Shown: in pieces, positions 48,892 to 60,300 of the stretch
Layout: the number at the start of each line of letters is the position of its first letter
Position numbering within the stretch: the stretch's first letter is position 1
NCBI GenBank assembly: GCA_030141605.1
Contig: JAQGDQ010000020.1
Span: forward strand, 124,001 to 188,000
Source: Tubiluchus corallicola
Taxonomy: Eukaryota; Animalia; Priapulida
Direction of reading: 5' to 3'
Length of the DNA: 64,000 bases
The notes under the pieces: model-generated
Told to the model about the DNA's origin: nothing
The model's database searches: none
What the model saw: only the letters and a program-made list of their open reading frames with translations
Translations under genes and position numbers: made by a program

Positions 48892-49183
48892 TGAGGACGG
48901 CGGGTGATGAAGTGATACGGTGGTTGGCAGTCGATTCAGAATCGGAATCTGACGTATGTCGGTGTTTGTGTTTTTCGAGCTATTCCACTCTAACAGTGGC
49001 TCTCTGGTCATATTTCGTGGGTCTACTCAGCCTTAATTGGGTACCTGGTTAGGTAATGGGGAAGGGGGGGGTTGGCTTACCACTGTCCTCCTTACGTGTT
49101 GAGGTTACGAATAATAGCTGTCATGACCATTTATTCTTACGCCATTGGGAATGAGGCAATCTTCTTCTTCTTCTTCTTCTTTT
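48892..49183 (+). mobile_element. SINE-like element with a (CTT)n tail
   Basis: About 290 bp, relatively GC-rich, with a decayed Pol III-like head. Its central gtctactcagccttaattgggtacctgg resembles the ACTCAGCC...TGRGTACC core of widespread metazoan SINEs. The (CTT)7 tail is at 49161-49181. Confidence 0.55.
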
Positions 49184-51665
49184 AGGATTGTACAATAGGT
49201 TTCATATTAGTAACATTGCCATCAAAGAAAAGTGCTCATTTTGATTACTAAGAAGTGATTGTAGAAATTTAACTCATTTTACTTGAGATTAATTCTAAAG
49301 TTGGTTTGAGTTTCGGTAAACTGTTTTAACGTGATCCGGTTGACTAACATCACAAAATAACCAAGCAAACAATCTCAGTCCAAATAGTCTGAAATACTAT
49401 AGCCTATAGGAAACTGTTTAAGTATGAAAGGGAATTAAGAAAACTGTACAAATATGAAGATACTGTAAACTACATTGGCTCAAAACATTCATAATGAGGA
49501 CTTTGAAGAGCAGTTATAAACTTAAGATTGTGGAATTAAACTAATTTCTCTTTAAATCAATTCCACGTAATTTATACTCTTGACTGTTTCATGTAGTTAA
49601 TGATTAATCTGCTCGATTATACATGTATCTCATCTATACCCCATCATCTACCTCATCAATTGCTCCTATCCCGTAGAGACAGTCGTTTCTAAAGATATAA
49701 ATATACATATTCTGGCAATAAATGTCGTTCTAATGCGAGCGTATATCATACGACTTCTTCATTAATGTTGACTATGGAGTGCTGTGTATCTTCAGAGGCC
49801 AATAAAGCTTCCTGATTGTCATTCGTGTAATTGCTCGTGAGCAGTAAGGATTGAGCTGTTGTAAGGTGTTGTTAGTGTATTGTTTACCCTTTCACTCTCT
49901 CGCTGCTAGCAGAAATGAAAAGACCGTGCTATTTACTATAATAAAAATAAATTTTAATTATTGCTAACACTTAACACAATTCAACTACGTGTACAGAAAC
50001 AAAGTCACTTATTGTATATGTGGAAAAAGGGCCAGATTAACGCAATTTTAATTGTCGAAAAGTTTGCAATCACCATTTTTAAGTTTAAACACAAAAAGTA
50101 TTCCCTAATTTTGTTATAAGAAAGCTTTTTCTGCATTTGAAAATCCTGACTCAGTACACCATAATGACAAAAGTTTGTGATTTTTTTTGGCTATTTTTTC
50201 TGATACTGCATTTTTTGCTGTTTGAAAAAGTTAAGATGCAACGAGATTTGAAATGTTTGTTTTTTTTGCAGATCATTCCCTGTCTGAAAAAATGACAGAA
50301 ATACCGATGTTGCTCAGTTCACAGTTCAAAATTTCAATTGAATTATAGGCTAGTTTCATTACTGATATCAGTATAAGAAACTTGTTGTAATGAATAAAAA
50401 ATGCATCAGCAAAAATATAATTCATAACCGATTTGTACATACCGTGTTGAAAGGGTTAAATTTACACACAAACACACATGCTTTTCGTTTGTTGCATGGA
50501 ATGCTCCTAAAAACCAACTAATAGTTTTTCTAACCTGTTAGCCCTTGTCAAGTTTACTTTCGAAATAAAGGCAAATCAATTATACAGTTGTGTAAAAAAT
50601 AATTGTGAGAACAAGAAAAAGAGCATGTTAGGTTTTCAAACAGTGATCTGTTTTGTGCCTGAGTGCTGTTGAAAAGTATGTGTAGTAGTTTGTATGTTAG
50701 TGTGCGCTTTTCTGGAATCTAGCTTTTGAGAAATATCTGTGCAATCTGATTATAGTATGTCTGACTGCGTGACTGCTCTGTTGCTTTAAGTTTCACTAAC
50801 TAAAATCTCACGGCAATGTTGGAAAATATCCGACGTGAAAGAATGCTCGCGGCAAATCAGAATTCAAGTCACAGATAACAGCTCGAAGATTCAAAAGTCT
50901 ACTGCGTTGCAACAAAACAGTAAACAGTTCAACTCATTACCTTTTAAACATTGAAGAGAATTGAACATACTGTTTCGATAGCACCTGCTACCTAAAAAAT
51001 TTAGACAGGAAAAACTGTCAGAAAAATTTCTCTGACAAGCATTAGCTACGCAGGCACATTCTTTAACTGTGGGAATTTGAAGTTGCGAAGATTTGGGACA
51101 ATATAACCCTATTGTGGACATGTATCATGCATGTTCAGAGGTGTAACACATATAGGCAGTGTTACTGTAATTAGTCAGTAGATGACTTGGATTGGTAAAG
51201 AAAACATGACACGATGTTTACTCAGTCTCTATGTATATATAAATGCTATTTCATTTGGGGGTAAATATAAAGCTGTATCTGTGACAACAATATTCTTGTG
51301 TATTATACAACGCGTCCTCAAGCTGTAGCTGCTTATGGCAATAAGCAATCTAACCCCCTCTTTTATTACTTTATGATCAATAACTAGTCGAAAAGTTAAT
51401 TATAAAAAATGATTTGGTGGGGTAAATTAGCGTATACGTTTCCGAGCATATCCACCAGTGTGATCAGCCAAATGATAATTATTTTTTGATGAAGATTGAT
51501 AAATAAATGACAATATAATAGCAGCCGTAATTAGTTTCATACAATTGTGAAGTTGAGGAGTGAACATGTGACGATAGATTAATAAAACTCGCGAATATAT
51601 TTAATCAACTAACTTCCGCTGTTTATTCATTCAAATTCGTGGTGCTAATTTAATTAAAAAAAGCC

Positions 51666-51866
51666 TTAAATGGCGTTTACCTGGAATGCGTTATGCGTTA
51701 TCCATCTGCGGAATAGCAGCGCATAAAAATAGGAAATAGCTGCAGAAAAACTAACGCATAACACAGGTCTGATGAAAGGGTACATTGAAAACAATATAAA
51801 CCGATTTTATCTATTCCTCATCTACAACGCATGCGCATTCCTGATGCTAGCTAAACGCCATTTTAA
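51666..51866. mobile_element. MITE copy A (about 200 bp)
   Basis: Ends are ttaaatggcgtttacctgg and ctagctaaacgccattttaa. The body is the reverse complement of copy B. Confidence 0.75.
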
Positions 51867-52033
51867 TAAAGTAAATCACTAGGCGTAGTGGTTTTATTTG
51901 CTTTCCTTTTTTCTTCCTAATTGACACCGATTTTCAGCTTCAAAATCCGACAAAATATCAAAAGGCTAAAATTTAAAAGATTGTTAATAAAAGAGGCAAA
52001 CATAATTGGATTACCTAAAAACTCTACGTCAAC

Positions 52034-52246
52034 TTAAGTGGCGTTTACCTGGCATCCGGAATGCATATGCATTATGCGAATGCGGACTAGACAAAATTGG
52101 CTTATATTGTTTTCAACGCACCCGTTTATCAGACCTGCGTTATGCGTTATTTTTTCTGCAGCTATTTCCTATTGATTTTTATACGCTGCTATTTCGTAAG
52201 TGGATAATGCGTAACGCATTCCGGATGCCAGATAAATGCCACTTAA
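52034..52246. mobile_element. MITE copy B (about 210 bp), inverted relative to copy A
   Basis: Near-perfect TIRs ttaagtggcgtttacctggcatccggaatgc and gcattccggatgccagataaatgccacttaa, with TTAA at both ends. Confidence 0.8.
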
Positions 52247-54134
52247 GGCAATTGAATCAATTTTATAATACATACAATGAAACGTATTACGATAAAAGTG
52301 GCTTCATAAGCAATCTCTTAAAAAGTTACGCCATGAAATTCGAGTTCTTATAACAATTCTCAGCTGCTTGCATGACTGACTATCAAATCTAGGCCAATTA
52401 TACATTAATTTCGAATGACTCGTGACTTGTATCACACCGCCAGCTGGCAAATTAATAATTCTGTCTATTAATATTATTATCAGACGGCATAAGTTTTCCA
52501 AATACTCGTTGAATCCGAATTGAAAATAAACAAGATAAATATTGAAGCAAACGTCGAGGAATGTGCAGACAATATACATGGCTTCAGCAATGTTTCTGAG
52601 TAAAATTTGAGAAATGTGCTGGCTTTTAAATGTAGACGATCAATAGGGCAGTGTTTTATGGCGACGTTCTGCAAGGCGATGTAGCAGAAATATCTTCAGT
52701 TTTGTGAAGTTTATTGTGAGTTACAGACTTCGGTAGTCTAGAGAGATCAACATTTGAGCAACACTATTATTTTGAGCGCACAGCATAGCTTTTAAATACT
52801 GCTAGGGCTCTACGTTGTCGTGAAAGCACAAAACTAAAAAACTAATTAGTGGCTAAAACAATACCAATCCACATTAACACAGCAAAATGTACTGCCAAAT
52901 GTGTCAAAAAATGAGATTTTTAGAAATAGGCAACTATTAATGACCTTAATATCAATATTAAATAACAATGCATGTCTTTAGTTTCTGGATTTTTGAAATC
53001 AAACGTTAGGACGCCGAAATGATCGAAATGAGAAGAACTAGGCTCAGTTTGAATTTGAACTAGGAATCTTCGGATTACGTGCTTAATGCCATGAGTATGT
53101 GAGTACAGATTTTCTTTTAGGTACAGACCCTCGTTATTACATAATTAGGTCCTAAATAAATACCGATAACTGCTTTACTGGTGTGTAGGTTTTTATTACT
53201 GAATTGTTAGCAAATACATAATATGCAGGTCTTACCAGCCTCATCATCTTCACATTAAATGATCAACGTATCCCGCCTGTAAGACAGAGTTACATAACGC
53301 TTATATATACGTTCCATCACTCTGAAACTACAATACAGCCTTTTCAATTTGCGTAAAGCGATGTTTCAAATGCTAAGTCAGTTTTGTGCACATGGACATA
53401 ACCAAGGCCTGTTTTATTCAATCAACCAAGGTCAGGCATCGTGGTGCTATAATGAATCCGCAATAACTTGGCTTCAGCCACACTTAAACAGAAAGCTACT
53501 GTTGTTTGATTATTTATGCAGAGCCTAAAATCGTCCGCTTGCTAAATCAGATATCGCGCGTGGCATGTCTGTTTAGATATAGAAGACGATGGTGAAATCC
53601 CACTTGGGGCGAGTTGTTACTGAACAGCGCTCGTTCTTTTTTGTACTAAATAAAAATTTATGTATTAAATTAAACTATCATATAATTAATAGCCTAATTG
53701 ATCATGACCTACAGCCACTTTACGCATAATGAGTTAACCTAAATTTCTAAAGTTCAAACCTTTATGACGCTCAAAGTGAAGAAAGCTGCAACAGCTGTTA
53801 AGCATGATGGCCGCTTTCGCTTCAAGGAATGTAAAATGATTTGTGAAGTGTTGCCCGGTTTCTAGCGCATTTAGAATTACGTCCAGACACAAGCATAGTG
53901 CATTATACGTAGATTAAACTTTATAGTCTCGCTGTTAGCTATTATAAAGAAAACTGCTTTACATTTGGGTACTCTCTTTGAGTTTTTGTCAGTGTCGTTC
54001 TTGTTTCTATCACGATATTTCAAAATTGATACGATGCTCTGGCATTTTTCCTTTTACGAGAATGAGAATTGGCGTCTTGCCGAGTAAGTGGATGTTTATT
54101 AAGAGAATGTTTATTACTCTCTCCGTCAACAAAC

Positions 54135-54245
54135 GTAAGTTTGGAATTTGGTGGGAGTGGACAAACATAGTAAAACTAATAAACGCAATCGCTTCATCAG
54201 AAATAATTAAGCTGCGAGAGAAAGCTAACCTATTCTGTGTTTCAG
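54135..54245 (+). other. Putative 5' UTR intron of the LRR gene
   Basis: Donor C|GTAAGT at 54135, branch-like gctaac at about 54224, and acceptor tgtgtttcag| at 54245, 27 nt before the ATG. Confidence 0.6.
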
Positions 54246-54272
54246 GTTATAAACTATGAATGAGGAAGAAGC

Positions 54273-56078
54273 ATGGCGGGATTTCTAACATTGATGATCG
54301 TCATTTTGCTGACAATCAGCAAGAAGCAGGTTTGTTGCTTCAAGTGCCCAGCAGAATGTGAATGCAGCATTGTGGAAAATAGAAGGCATCAAACACTATG
54401 TGTTAAAGGTGGACTGACTAGTATCCCACAGGGGTTTGATGTTCGGACGAATATACTTACAATCGGTGCACCCGAAAACGGCTCCAACTACATTCATGGC
54501 ATTCCAAAGGCGACATTTAGAAAGTATCCAAACATCGAGCAGCTTCGTATTACACATTCTAATCTTAATGGCATTGCAGAGTATGCATTCTATGGTTTAT
54601 CCAGCTGCGTGGTGTTAGATTTAAGTTATAATAACATTTCTCACATCAGTGAAAAGAAACTGATTGGCATTTCTTTGGTGACACATTTGAACTTGTATAG
54701 TAATAATATATCAGAGATAGCTTCTGGACAATTTGCACCACTGCCCCAACTTCGGTACCTAAATATGGGCAGAAATGATCTTCACTTGCTTCCCGCAAGA
54801 TTCTTCTTGGAGCTAAATAATTTGGAAACACTAGTTCTCAATGATAATCCGATAAGGTATTTAGACAAAGATGTGTTCCTTGATGTGCAACATAGTTTAA
54901 GGAAACTACACGCAAGCAATTGTAATTTAACTGGCATACACGAGGACACATTCAAATATATGGCAAATCTTGAGTATTTGAACTTAAGCAGTAATCGGCT
55001 GCATCCGTTTAAAAAAGGAGTTTTCTCCAAACGTCTGAAGATGTTAAAAGAGCTGTACCTTGATGATAATGAACTAATTAGCATTCCTGATAACTTATTT
55101 GAGGGACTCAGTTTAGATGTGCTGAGCTTGTCTCATAACAGGCTCAGTGAAGGTATCCTACCCAGTTCTCTGGAAGGTTTGACGACTCGAAGTATATCCC
55201 TTGCTTATAACAATTGGGATGAAATTGATCCCAACATTCTTGCACCGATTTCTGGTAGGTTGGAAGAGATAGACTTAAGTGGAAATCAGCTTGATGTAGA
55301 AAAACTAGACCTTTTGCTCAATATGTTATCAGAGCTAGTGGTGCTTAACCTTACAAACTGCAGCTTGAGTGAGCTGCCACGCAGTTCCATTCCATACATT
55401 CTAAGACTGAGTCAACTTATTCTCAGGAACAATAACCTATCAACTTTTGATCCAAAGATTGTAAAAGACCTTTCTGTGTATTCTTGCCATATAGACCTGA
55501 GTGGCAACTCATTTTTTCAACTTGATGTTGACCTTGTTGATGAATTAAAGACAGTTAGTGTTTCTCTTAGCGATAACCCATGGCACTGTAACTGTGTAAT
55601 TCGTCCGGTGTATGAGTGGATTCAGGAATTGTATCCAGTTAACTGTACTTCTGATCCAAAACACATCACTTGCTTAAAATGTGCAACACCTGCAGAGTAT
55701 GCTGGGATGTACATCAGAAATTTGAATGCAAGTCATATTGCGACATGCCCTATGGTGTTTAGAGCTAAACGCTTAAACATGGATGCAAGACTTGGAGTTG
55801 CAATTGCAGTTATGGTCATTGCTGTGTTGTTGGCAATACTAATAGCCATTTTCTGGAAAAGACGAGAAATCACTTACTACACACATGAGGAAGAGTTTTC
55901 TGATGGACAAAAAACTGATCACTTGTGGCGGGAGGAAGTTGATGCTAATGTTCCACTGGATGCATCGCTCGGTAAAAACCAAAATCCGGTAGTTGAAAGT
56001 GAAGGCCGGACAAAACTAATAGAAAAGCATAATGAAGGCAAAAAAGAACGGCCTGTCTCTTGGGCAACTTCTGTATAG
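54273..56078 (+). CDS. Leucine-rich-repeat single-pass transmembrane protein (601 aa; signal peptide, LRRNT, more than 12 LRRs, LRRCT, TM, short tail with PDZ-binding end)
   Basis: Hydrophobic N-terminus; CPAECEC...C N-cap; repeated LxxLxLxxNxL; NPWHCNC...C..P...C C-cap; TM segment LGVAIAVMVIAVLLAILIAIFW followed by KRR; ends in ATSV. No TIR or Ig domain is present. Confidence 0.93.
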   Translation: MAGFLTLMIVILLTISKKQVCCFKCPAECECSIVENRRHQTLCVKGGLTSIPQGFDVRTNILTIGAPENGSNYIHGIPKATFRKYPNIEQLRITHSNLNGIAEYAFYGLSSCVVLDLSYNNISHISEKKLIGISLVTHLNLYSNNISEIASGQFAPLPQLRYLNMGRNDLHLLPARFFLELNNLETLVLNDNPIRYLDKDVFLDVQHSLRKLHASNCNLTGIHEDTFKYMANLEYLNLSSNRLHPFKKGVFSKRLKMLKELYLDDNELISIPDNLFEGLSLDVLSLSHNRLSEGILPSSLEGLTTRSISLAYNNWDEIDPNILAPISGRLEEIDLSGNQLDVEKLDLLLNMLSELVVLNLTNCSLSELPRSSIPYILRLSQLILRNNNLSTFDPKIVKDLSVYSCHIDLSGNSFFQLDVDLVDELKTVSVSLSDNPWHCNCVIRPVYEWIQELYPVNCTSDPKHITCLKCATPAEYAGMYIRNLNASHIATCPMVFRAKRLNMDARLGVAIAVMVIAVLLAILIAIFWKRREITYYTHEEEFSDGQKTDHLWREEVDANVPLDASLGKNQNPVVESEGRTKLIEKHNEGKKERPVSWATSV

Positions 56079-57328
56079 TGTCATTATGTTTGTTTGTTAT
56101 GAACATGATTGTAAAAATTGCATGGTAAATGTCAAAACTTTTCAAAAACAAACATCAGAAGCTTATTTCATTAAATGAAAACTGGCAGTTCATTTGCATT
56201 TGTTTCATAGCACATTGATAAACCAAAGTATCACTAGCTAACATGTTTAAATGTTAAACATCACAAATTGATTCAGATAGCATAAGCAGAATGAATTTAA
56301 ATTTTTTAACGTAATTAAAGTGTCATAAAAGTGAAAACTGTTACTTATGCAAAAAGCACTTGAACAGAGAGTAATTCATTTACAGTCCAAAGTATTTTTG
56401 TGATCAAAGATAAATGAACACAGTTTAAAGAATTGAAAACTTTTGAGCTGTCTGGTTGTTGCTGTATAAAAATTAATTTTTTGCAGACAATTTATGTATA
56501 GCCTTGCTAAGGTGTAATGTCCTCAAGTCAAGTATCCCTTGAAAGTTTCTGTTTTTGTTTTCCTACTATTGCAGACTGTTTATAGTTTATACATGTACTA
56601 TATTATTGTCACCAAAACAATACAATTTTGTAATGTTATTTTATCTTTTGTAAGCTTCCTAAGCTAATTTTAAATATACCTTGTAAAATAATTATTTTGG
56701 TACCCAGTTTGTATGCCACTGTGTATATTGTATAAGATGTGTCACTATTGCCAGCTCGATTTAATCCTGTCCTCTTCTGTTCTACTTTGTGATTTTACCT
56801 GTGGTTTACCTTGTGTTAGATGTGTGAATGTATTTAGATCTTGTGCTTGCGTACGAGTAATCCCTTATTTAATAAATTATTCAAAAGTTGTTTACCAAAA
56901 TGCTCGGTTTTAATGTATAACAATGTTGTTTCATGGGTGTCAGGTTATGCATGAGCACACATGGTTCAATGGTAAACTTTTTTAAATTTCACGTATTAGT
57001 TGCATATTGGAATATAGGATTAAGGAGTGATCACGGAATTCCAAAAAAAGTAGAAAAACATGAGTGTATTAGTTTGTCATGCTTTAATTCAAAACGAGGT
57101 AAAAGCAAAAAGACATGATTTGCAGATTTAAAACTTGAAAAGTGCCTGAAAATAAATGTGACGAACATCATACTTAATTTTATACACTAACTTTGTGGAC
57201 AGAAAAGACTTAATTGTACAATATTAAGTCACCTCATAATTACTTATTTTTGTTGCAAATAAAAAAAATTACGTTATCTTAATATTAATAGTGGATGTCA
57301 CACCTTACAAATCCCATAGAAAAGTGAA

Positions 57329-60300
57329 TTACGATTTTGGTGGCTTGTGTTTAACAGCATTTGGTGAATCACTTTCTGGTACATAAGCTAAATTATCTAC
57401 TCCAGCACTGCTACTGCTTACTGCACTGCTTTCTTGGTGCACAGTAACCTCTGCATCCAAAGTACGGGCGTCATGCTGCATGTTATCTTCCAAGTCAAGT
57501 GATGCAGACATTAGACTAGGAGTTATCGAAGCCCTTCTCAATGTTGCTAATTCATGAGGTTGTACATCAAAATCAATACTTTCATTTATAAGATTCCCAG
57601 AAGCAGCAACTGATTCTGTGTTAGCAGTTGCATTTACACCGGCATCTGTTTGGCCAGGTAAAGCAGCAGTGTCCACATTTCTCGATGTGTCATCACTCTC
57701 TTTATATGAAGAAGATGTTTCTTTTGCTGACTGCTGTTGTTGAAGTGGCATGCCATTCACCATGGGTTGCACAATAGACACTGGACGTGTGCGGTCAAAT
57801 TTACTTTCATTCCACACATTCAGTGGGCCTTCTTGAGGAGCAACCTGGTTTTTGCTAACCTTTTTCTTCTTCTCTATCTTAGAAGTTGTGTCCTCTAAAG
57901 AGATGCCTGATTCTAGACTACTAGCAGCTTTGTTATCTACAAAAACAAATAATTTATAAAAACTTTTTAACACATAATAATGTCAACAAACAGATGATGT
58001 AAACTGCTTAAAAAAATATTTAATGCAAAATCTTCATTTGAAGCACAAATTTTCTACATCTCATACTTTTTTGAATCAATAACACCACTAAGTCTTAACT
58101 AACTAGTTTGTTGCTGAAGCTTAACTAAGGCCGCTATAAATTTTATTTTTGGTTAAGCATGTCTTAGGCCTGTGATTTACCAAAATAATCTGATGCCATT
58201 GAAAATAACAGCTGCATGTGGGTAACCAATATATAGTACAATATATACAGTATTGTTAATAGGACTTTCTGGTGTAACAAAACAACATTTTTATAGAAAC
58301 ACAAGTACACAAATTACACACCTTTAGGAACCTCTTTGGTTTCTTTATTTTTGTCAACTGTATCCAATGATGACGACATGGTATTACCTAAAGCAGAGTC
58401 CGATCTTTGCTCGTCATCCACTTTTTTATCTGACAGAACAATAATAACTAATATTAGTTAAAATAATGTGCATAAAATTATCTCTTTATTTTGTAAAATC
58501 TTTCTATCTATACTTTGCAACAAAGTAAGCATAAAAGTCTAGCACACTGAAAAAATATCAATAAATTGCCTTTGTTGAGAAAATTGCTCAGCATCTCAGA
58601 GTCAGACTCGACTTCAACTTGCATGGCACTGATTCCAGATTTGACTGACACTTATAATAAATGACTCGCTATTTGACTTGGACTCAAAACAATAAAGTAC
58701 TGACTTGATTAGTGGCTCAGACTACACGAACAGTAAAACAAACAATAATGATGCACGTTATAACTAAATAGTTAAATTGTTATTACTTGTGAAAGCATTT
58801 CAATCCCACGTTAGACCAGTGTTCATTGTCTAAAGCCATATTTGCATTATGCCTAAAGTGTCAATTCTTAAAGTCTCTAGGTTCAGCAGCAGTGTTTGCA
58901 TCTGCTCTGCACTCAGTTAAAAACTTTAATAATTAACAACATTAAACATACCCTTGATGTTGCATGAGAAAAACTCAAAATACATCATAGACAGCTTTTT
59001 TAACAGCAGCTTTTCTAAACTGGCTAATAAAGTATTTAGTTGCTCAGCTATTAGTGCGACTATTAATTGAATGGGTCTTCAGACAAAGTGGCTTGTTAGT
59101 AAGAACACACAGGATTGTCAGATAATGTAATAAGAGTAAATGTAATAAGTAACTAGAATAACTTCTTGTAGAATGTAATTAGTACTACTGATTGTAAAGT
59201 TACTTTTATGTCATACAGATACTCGGTACAACACCATTGCAAACTTAAGTGTAAAATCATTTGTAAAATAATTTATCTTGCACGGATAGTTTGATGTATA
59301 GCAAAACATCAACATTAGCCAATGTTTGTAGTAATAAATGTAGTGCAGTAATAAGGAAAATAATGCCAAAATTAACAACAACAGTCAATTACTATTAAAC
59401 AAGAACATGGGAATCGATTAAATCCTAAATTACTTTGACTTGAAACTTGATTTGAAGTGAACATGACTTAAGACTCGACTTAGACATAGACATAATGACT
59501 TAAAACTCAATTCAGACTTGGGTTTAATGACTCGAGACTTGGGCCAGAATGAGCTGAGACTTAACTCGGACTTGATCCCCAAAGACTTGGGACTCGACTT
59601 GGACTCAAGCTGAAAGAGTTACAACATTGCAGCATAACAACTTTATCAAAATTGATATTTACAATACTAATATTTTCAAGCCAGATTGATAAAAATAAAT
59701 TTGAAATCACAGTAATGTGGGGCAGTAAGTGACAAACAAATTAAAAGATAAACAAACACTCAACAATGACATAAAATCATACTTACTGTTTTCGTGAATT
59801 GAGTGCATCTTCAAGAGTCGACTGCGCCGTTCAGTCGTTGTAGGGCTCAGAGAATTCTTTAAAGAAATTTGGGTCTCTTCTTTTGGGCCTGAAACGGTTG
59901 AGTCATAAATAGCAACATAAATAACTACCAAACACTATAATTGATAAACTCACAGAATATATTTTATGAATTAATATCCCCTTGATAAATAAATTGGCAC
60001 CCATACTGTTGTATTTAGTAGAACTTTGTCAATCTGTACATCATTTCTAATTAACTTTATAACACTTACACAAGAGAGGTGTGAAATATCAGTTTTAAAT
60101 TACCACTCTGCTTTTTAGCAAGACACACTTATAAAAGCAGGTTAGAATTTTTACATAATAGATGAAATACTCACAAACATGCATAACTACAGTTAATGCA
60201 TATTCATTACATTCATTATTCATTATACTCATTTCATTTGAAAGTCTTTTGTAAATGTTTGACTGTACAAGCAATAACAAGGCAAATATTAACTTTTCAA

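Noticed and set aside
52006-52353. 115-aa ORF
   Set aside because: It runs through non-coding MITE copy B.
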